Shown in pieces: positions 46,101 through 64,000 of a stretch of 64,000 bases of DNA (its first letter is position 1; each line of letters opens with the position of its first letter). Origin of the DNA: Phoronis australis (Eukaryota > Animalia > Phoronida); the NCBI GenBank assembly GCA_002633005.1, contig NMRA01000008.1, positions 1,506,206 to 1,570,205 on the forward strand, written 5' to 3'. The position numbers were made by a program, and so were the translations under genes. The notes below the pieces were generated by a model. That model searched no databases. It worked only from the letters and a program-made list of their open reading frames with translations, and had not been told where the DNA came from.

Positions 46101-48010
46101 CATTTGTGCGCCAGGGGTCTGGTTTATCAAGCCGTACGTCCGCCTATAGCTAGGTCACCGAAAACATCAGGCCGCGTTTTTAAGACCAAAATGTTGCAAC
46201 TGACATTAATTAGAGATTTTTTCATATTCAGCTTTGACGACCACCTTCAATAGTCGTGTCAATGAATTATGTGTAAATTATAATTGAAGTTACAACTGTC
46301 TTAGATGAGCCTGGACTTGTGACCTTTGATAAAGTGGCCCCCTGGAGTGATAGTAGAAGTAGTGGTACCCTTATTTTTTGTCTGATTTCGTGTTCAGCAC
46401 AGGTATGGAAGAATTCCTCAATTTAGGACAAGTTTAAGTGCGAACAGTAGTGTTGGTGTTTTGCAAAAGCTACATTGCTACCAATGCTTCAAGTTTTACT
46501 AAGTAACTTATTTGATGACAGCTATAACGTATGAATTATGTCTGGCCAAAACGCATTATTGGTTCTAGTCTGCTCTGCGACTCGTGTTGAATCCTGTGCC
46601 CATCCGCATCATGTTTAGACAAGTTCTTGATCTTTTTTCAAAAAACACTATATCACATAAGCCATGTTTTAGAGAATGTGGCTTGTCAAGTTGGCCTAAG
46701 TCATATGGATATAGGCCTTCATTGGCAAAAAATAAAATATCGCTCGTTAGGTGGATTTTATTTGGAAAATTGAGCAATTAAAAGTACTGTATCATTGCCA
46801 ATTTTCCAAAAATGTACCAGAATCAACTATGTCCTTTGGCCTTGGCAAAATGAAGATTGTTCCCGATATTTTGTCCTTAACTGAAGAGTTTTTTCTGTGT
46901 CTGTATGCGTCTTTGTCTCTCGTATTGTCCTTACAACCAATTCTTGGGTACACACTGGTTTACAAACCAGCTGGTTGTGGGAATGTCTTGTGTGAGCCTA
47001 CTTACCAATGTAGAGTAGTGTAGTGGTTCAGATGCCGGGCTTGGGCGAAATTGGCCTTTTTACGAACAGTGGTCGAATTTGTCGGCCTGAAGAATTGTGG
47101 GAAGTGATGCTACAGCTGTTGTAACACGTGTGGAGCACCAGTTGCTTGTCCCCGTTGACTGTTCTTTTGCTCAGGCCTGTAGGTGGCAGTTCTTAAGTTA
47201 ATGTCCACTGTTGTGTGTAGATTCCAGATAGCTAAGTTAGTGGGAGGAACCCTACCAAAAGAGACTCGTCTCGCTTGGTTGTTCCAATGGAAAAAACTTC
47301 CCCAAATCTCTTGTCTGGAGTGCACTCTCAGTTTTAGGGAGTGACGTTAAAAAGACAATGAACTAACAAGCTAGAGTGTGTTTTGTTTTGGTGAGTGATA
47401 TGAATTTCAAACATTTCTTGTGGCTTTACCAGCCATTCTAAGACTCTTTGATAGGCAGGTTTTGCTCTTAAATACATTTGAACGTTTTACCGTATATTTG
47501 ACCCAGGTACAAGTTTGGAAAAGTCGTGCTAAAATCTTGCAGAGAATCGTGACCCCCTCATGGCTGCGACTTGCATCCCAGATTTGTGCTTCTCAGTGTT
47601 TCCTATGCTGACAATCTGTTGTCTTGAGTAACAGAATTAGACGAGATTATCCAGCAGTGTTCAACTGAAAAGCTGGTCTAGTCAGATGTTGCGTCTTTGT
47701 ACAGATGTTAATTTCATTAAAAGGCATTGAAGTGAGTCTTAGCATTGCTTGGTTAATTCAGTCCATTGTTTTGGTGTACCGTGATCTGTATACAACCTTC
47801 GAGTCAAAACAGTTGTCGGAACAGTCCTATGTTTAGAAATCATAAGTGGAACTAGATTTTTTGATGCTTCTAAGTCCCATTCAATGCCATCTGAAAATAT
47901 TAAGTATCCACTCACAGAAACTAGCTTTGAATGCCCAGACTGTTTTAGTCTGTTTACTTCTCAGACTAGAGAAACAGGCTTTACAACAAAGAGGGCACTG
48001 CAATGGGGCT

Positions 48011-48253
48011 TTTATAGGAACGGAAATTGTGACGTCACCTCACTGGGGGTAGTCTAGATGTCGCCATCTTGGCTTTAACCCATGCCAGTTATTACGTTAC
48101 GTAAAAAATTAAACCAATTAAATCGTTTAGACATGGTCAACTTGTTTCACAGATCCTGTGGCATGAACTTCGGAGTTTATGAAGTTAGTTTTTGATTAAT
48201 TTTGCCGGAGAAGTTGCTAGGGGTGTGACGTAATCACTTTCCGTCCCTATAAA
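48011..48253. mobile_element. MITE-like element with imperfect TIR of about 30 bp, in the putative SLC7 3' UTR
   Basis: tttataggaacggaaattgtgacgtcac / gtgacgtaatcactttccgtccctataaa. Confidence 0.55.
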
Positions 48254-48444
48254 TAAAATTCTCCAGCTAATTAGGTCAAATTTTTCGTGATGGAGGTTTG
48301 ATGCTATTTTTCTATTGCTTGGTTTATGAGGTGGCAGTCATGTCTAGAAATGAGTCTTTAATGGCACAAAATAATGCATTTAATAATAAAGAATTTGGTG
48401 TAATTTTAATTCCAAATGTCAAGTTTTACTGCAAACAGTACTGA

Positions 48445-48450
48445 AATAAA
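48445..48450 (+). terminator. Candidate distal poly(A) signal of SLC7 gene (about 5.3-kb 3' UTR)
   Basis: AATAAA followed by U/GU-rich tract (tttgtttcgtttaatggttggtgtctttgtgtg); + strand T-richness flips to A-richness just downstream; proximal AATAAA also at 44613 and 45094. Confidence 0.5.
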
Positions 48451-48530
48451 ACAGTTTGAACTATTTGTTTCGTTTAATGGTTGGTGTCTTTGTGTGGGAA
48501 TTGCTCTTGTTCCATTTCAGTTCATTTAAA

Positions 48531-48857
48531 AGGATACCAAACCCGGTTTTGTCCAATTAACAGATATTAAAAACGACTTTCCCATCCAATTTCACGAAAC
48601 AAAATAATTCTCTGTAACCCTCAAAACTTAGGAGGAAAGTTTGAAAACTCCTTTCAAATTCTGCGAAATGGGCAAAGGCTTTTAGCGAATAACAAGGCAA
48701 CTATGGGGAAAGACTAACAACCAGCAACCATAATATCCAATTTCTGAGTAAAGTTTAGCCGATTCCTGCTTTTATCTTTCAAGACTGTTGCCAATGCTGC
48801 ATTAGCAGGTGACACAACAAGGATTGGTTGAAGTTGTCAAAACGGGTTTAGTATCCT
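48531..48857. mobile_element. MITE in the short intergenic gap between the two convergent genes
   Basis: TIR aggataccaaacccggttttg / caaaacgggtttagtatcct. Confidence 0.7.
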
Positions 48858-49300
48858 AAAGTGATTACACAGCAACCCCACAGAGGCATGCCGCTCTCTT
48901 TAAGTGTTAGTGATCACTCAAAGAAAAAAAACAAGTAATGGGACGATTTGAGAATGATTGACATTACTTCATTAATTCAACAGTATTTGTCAGTGTTCCA
49001 TATACCTGGTATTTACACATAATTACTATTCACCAAGCTTCAACGACAATTAAATATTATAAAATAAAAGACGCATGGACAAGACATATAAGTTCCAGAA
49101 TGAAATTTACAGATCAACGTTCCGAACATGCACAAAAACGTTTCCAACAGTTTCATCGGTAAACTGGCACTCGGTCTGCGTTCTACAAAGTCGTTGCAAA
49201 TGTTTTAACCATGGAAGCACTGCCAGGAATGTCACCAATAGGGAATGAAGACAAACGTGGATCAGAGATTGTTCCAACAGTCGTAATAACAAGACAAGAG

Positions 49301-49306
49301 TTTATT
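49301..49306 (-). terminator. Candidate poly(A) signal of CCDC186
   Basis: AATAAA on - strand followed by U-rich ctcttgtcttgttatt. Confidence 0.4.
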
Positions 49307-49567
49307 ACACCAGCTGGAACTGAAACACTGGACTTGGAATGAAGCTGGGAAATGCTTAAAGAGAAGTTTTCAATACTTGAACAACAAAGGCCATTTCAAA
49401 AACAACCCCTAAAGCAACGTGTCACTTTCAGTGAATTTCAAAGTACACGGTTTTTTTACATAGGTGGCAGCACTGTCTAGAATAAGCTTGTATCTCCAGC
49501 AGGATTAACTCCTGGTTCATGGCTACTGGGCACTGTTGTCTGTCCTATGGCTTGAAACAGGGTTTCA

Positions 49568-63093
<13,526 letters not shown>

Positions 63094-63518
63094 CTTCAAC
63101 AAGCAAATCAATAATGCAATGAATGACACAAACACTGACAAAGAAAAAAATGCAACAGATCAGTTTGCTAAATGTTGTTTAACAGTTCTCTCATGAAATT
63201 TAGAATCAACTGCTTAAGAACAAGCAAGTAATCAATCGCCTATCGGCACATTTGGCAGTGAACATGCAACTTGCCGTCAGGCAAGGTTTGACACTAAGCA
63301 CTTCAGCAGCACATTCGTGAAAACTTATTGAATCCTGACAACTCCCCAGGACCTGGTTAAAGGTGGCAAAAGATGGCGCAGCCTAAAAAGAAGGATACGG
63401 CCTCATTTCAGCTCGTATCTTATGACTTATACCTTTTGAAAGCATCGATTTAAAAAAAAAACACAGACCATGGCCAAAGGACCAGTCTTCAGTTGAAGTC
63501 TCCTCTTTTCAGAGGTAG

Positions 63519-64000
63519 AACAAGAGCAGCGCAGAACGTTGAGATGCGCCCACGAATGCATCGCAAATGTTGTGCTTTTAAGGTTATTTATTTGTATCAT
63601 AAAAATGGCCACTAGACGGCGCAAAAATGTACAATCCATCCAAAAACGGAAACATGCCATATTTCATAACAAGAGCAACGCGGAGCGTTGAAATGCACCA
63701 ACAAATGCATTTTATTGGTGTGCTTTTAGGGTTATTATTTTATCATAAAAATGGCCACTAGATGGTGCAAAAACATACAATCCATCCAAAAACGGGAACA
63801 TGATTGTCATAATTCATGAAAATCTGTCAAGGAACTTCAGAGAAACAAAGGAAAACAGAACAAAATGAAATTGCCACTTGCAGGCACAGTGTCCGTTCCA
63901 TCCGCCTGAAAGTTGTCATCTGTCTTCATATAAATTCACTTACTACATTTAATAAAGATCCAGCAGTGGGTTTTGAAGATACAGCTATGGGCGCAAAACA
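63519..64000 (-). mobile_element. HINE-like element on - strand with a doubled 3' end, running off the window
   Basis: Two aacaagagc-hairpin 3' termini at 63519 and 63668; cores match 19600-19900. Confidence 0.75.

Overview
Intron-rich, AT-rich metazoan (invertebrate-type) genomic DNA, not prokaryotic; almost all ORF-track entries are spurious or exon fragments. It holds two convergent genes. (1) + strand: a complete SLC7 L-type amino-acid transporter light chain (LAT1/LAT2/y+LAT group) with 9 coding exons from 4790 to 43169. All introns are GT-AG with consistent phases, giving 1515 nt = 504 aa. It probably has a non-coding first exon near 1731-1838 and a long 3' UTR. (2) - strand: the 3' part of CCDC186, with 10 clear coding exons from 63093 down to the stop at 49568 plus a candidate 24-nt microexon. 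The introns are full of non-autonomous DNA transposons: hAT-like MITEs with 5- and 6-bp TSDs, Kolobok-like TTAA MITEs, Harbinger- and Academ-like MITEs, a decayed piggyBac with a transposase fragment, and Helentron/HINE-like elements. Most interesting: (a) the HINE-like family's ~145-bp internal repeats each carry a CTCF-consensus motif, giving co-oriented arrays of 8-11 sites; (b) the transporter's putative promoter combines ATF4 amino-acid-response elements, CLEAR/E-boxes and a short uORF; (c) a 21-nt tandem repeat triplicates an SLC7 splice acceptor in frame; (d) the CCDC186 microexon has RBFOX/SRRM4-type cis motifs. A 1.14-kb tandem duplication joined at an N is probably an assembly artefact. 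All calls come from reading the sequence; no searches were run.
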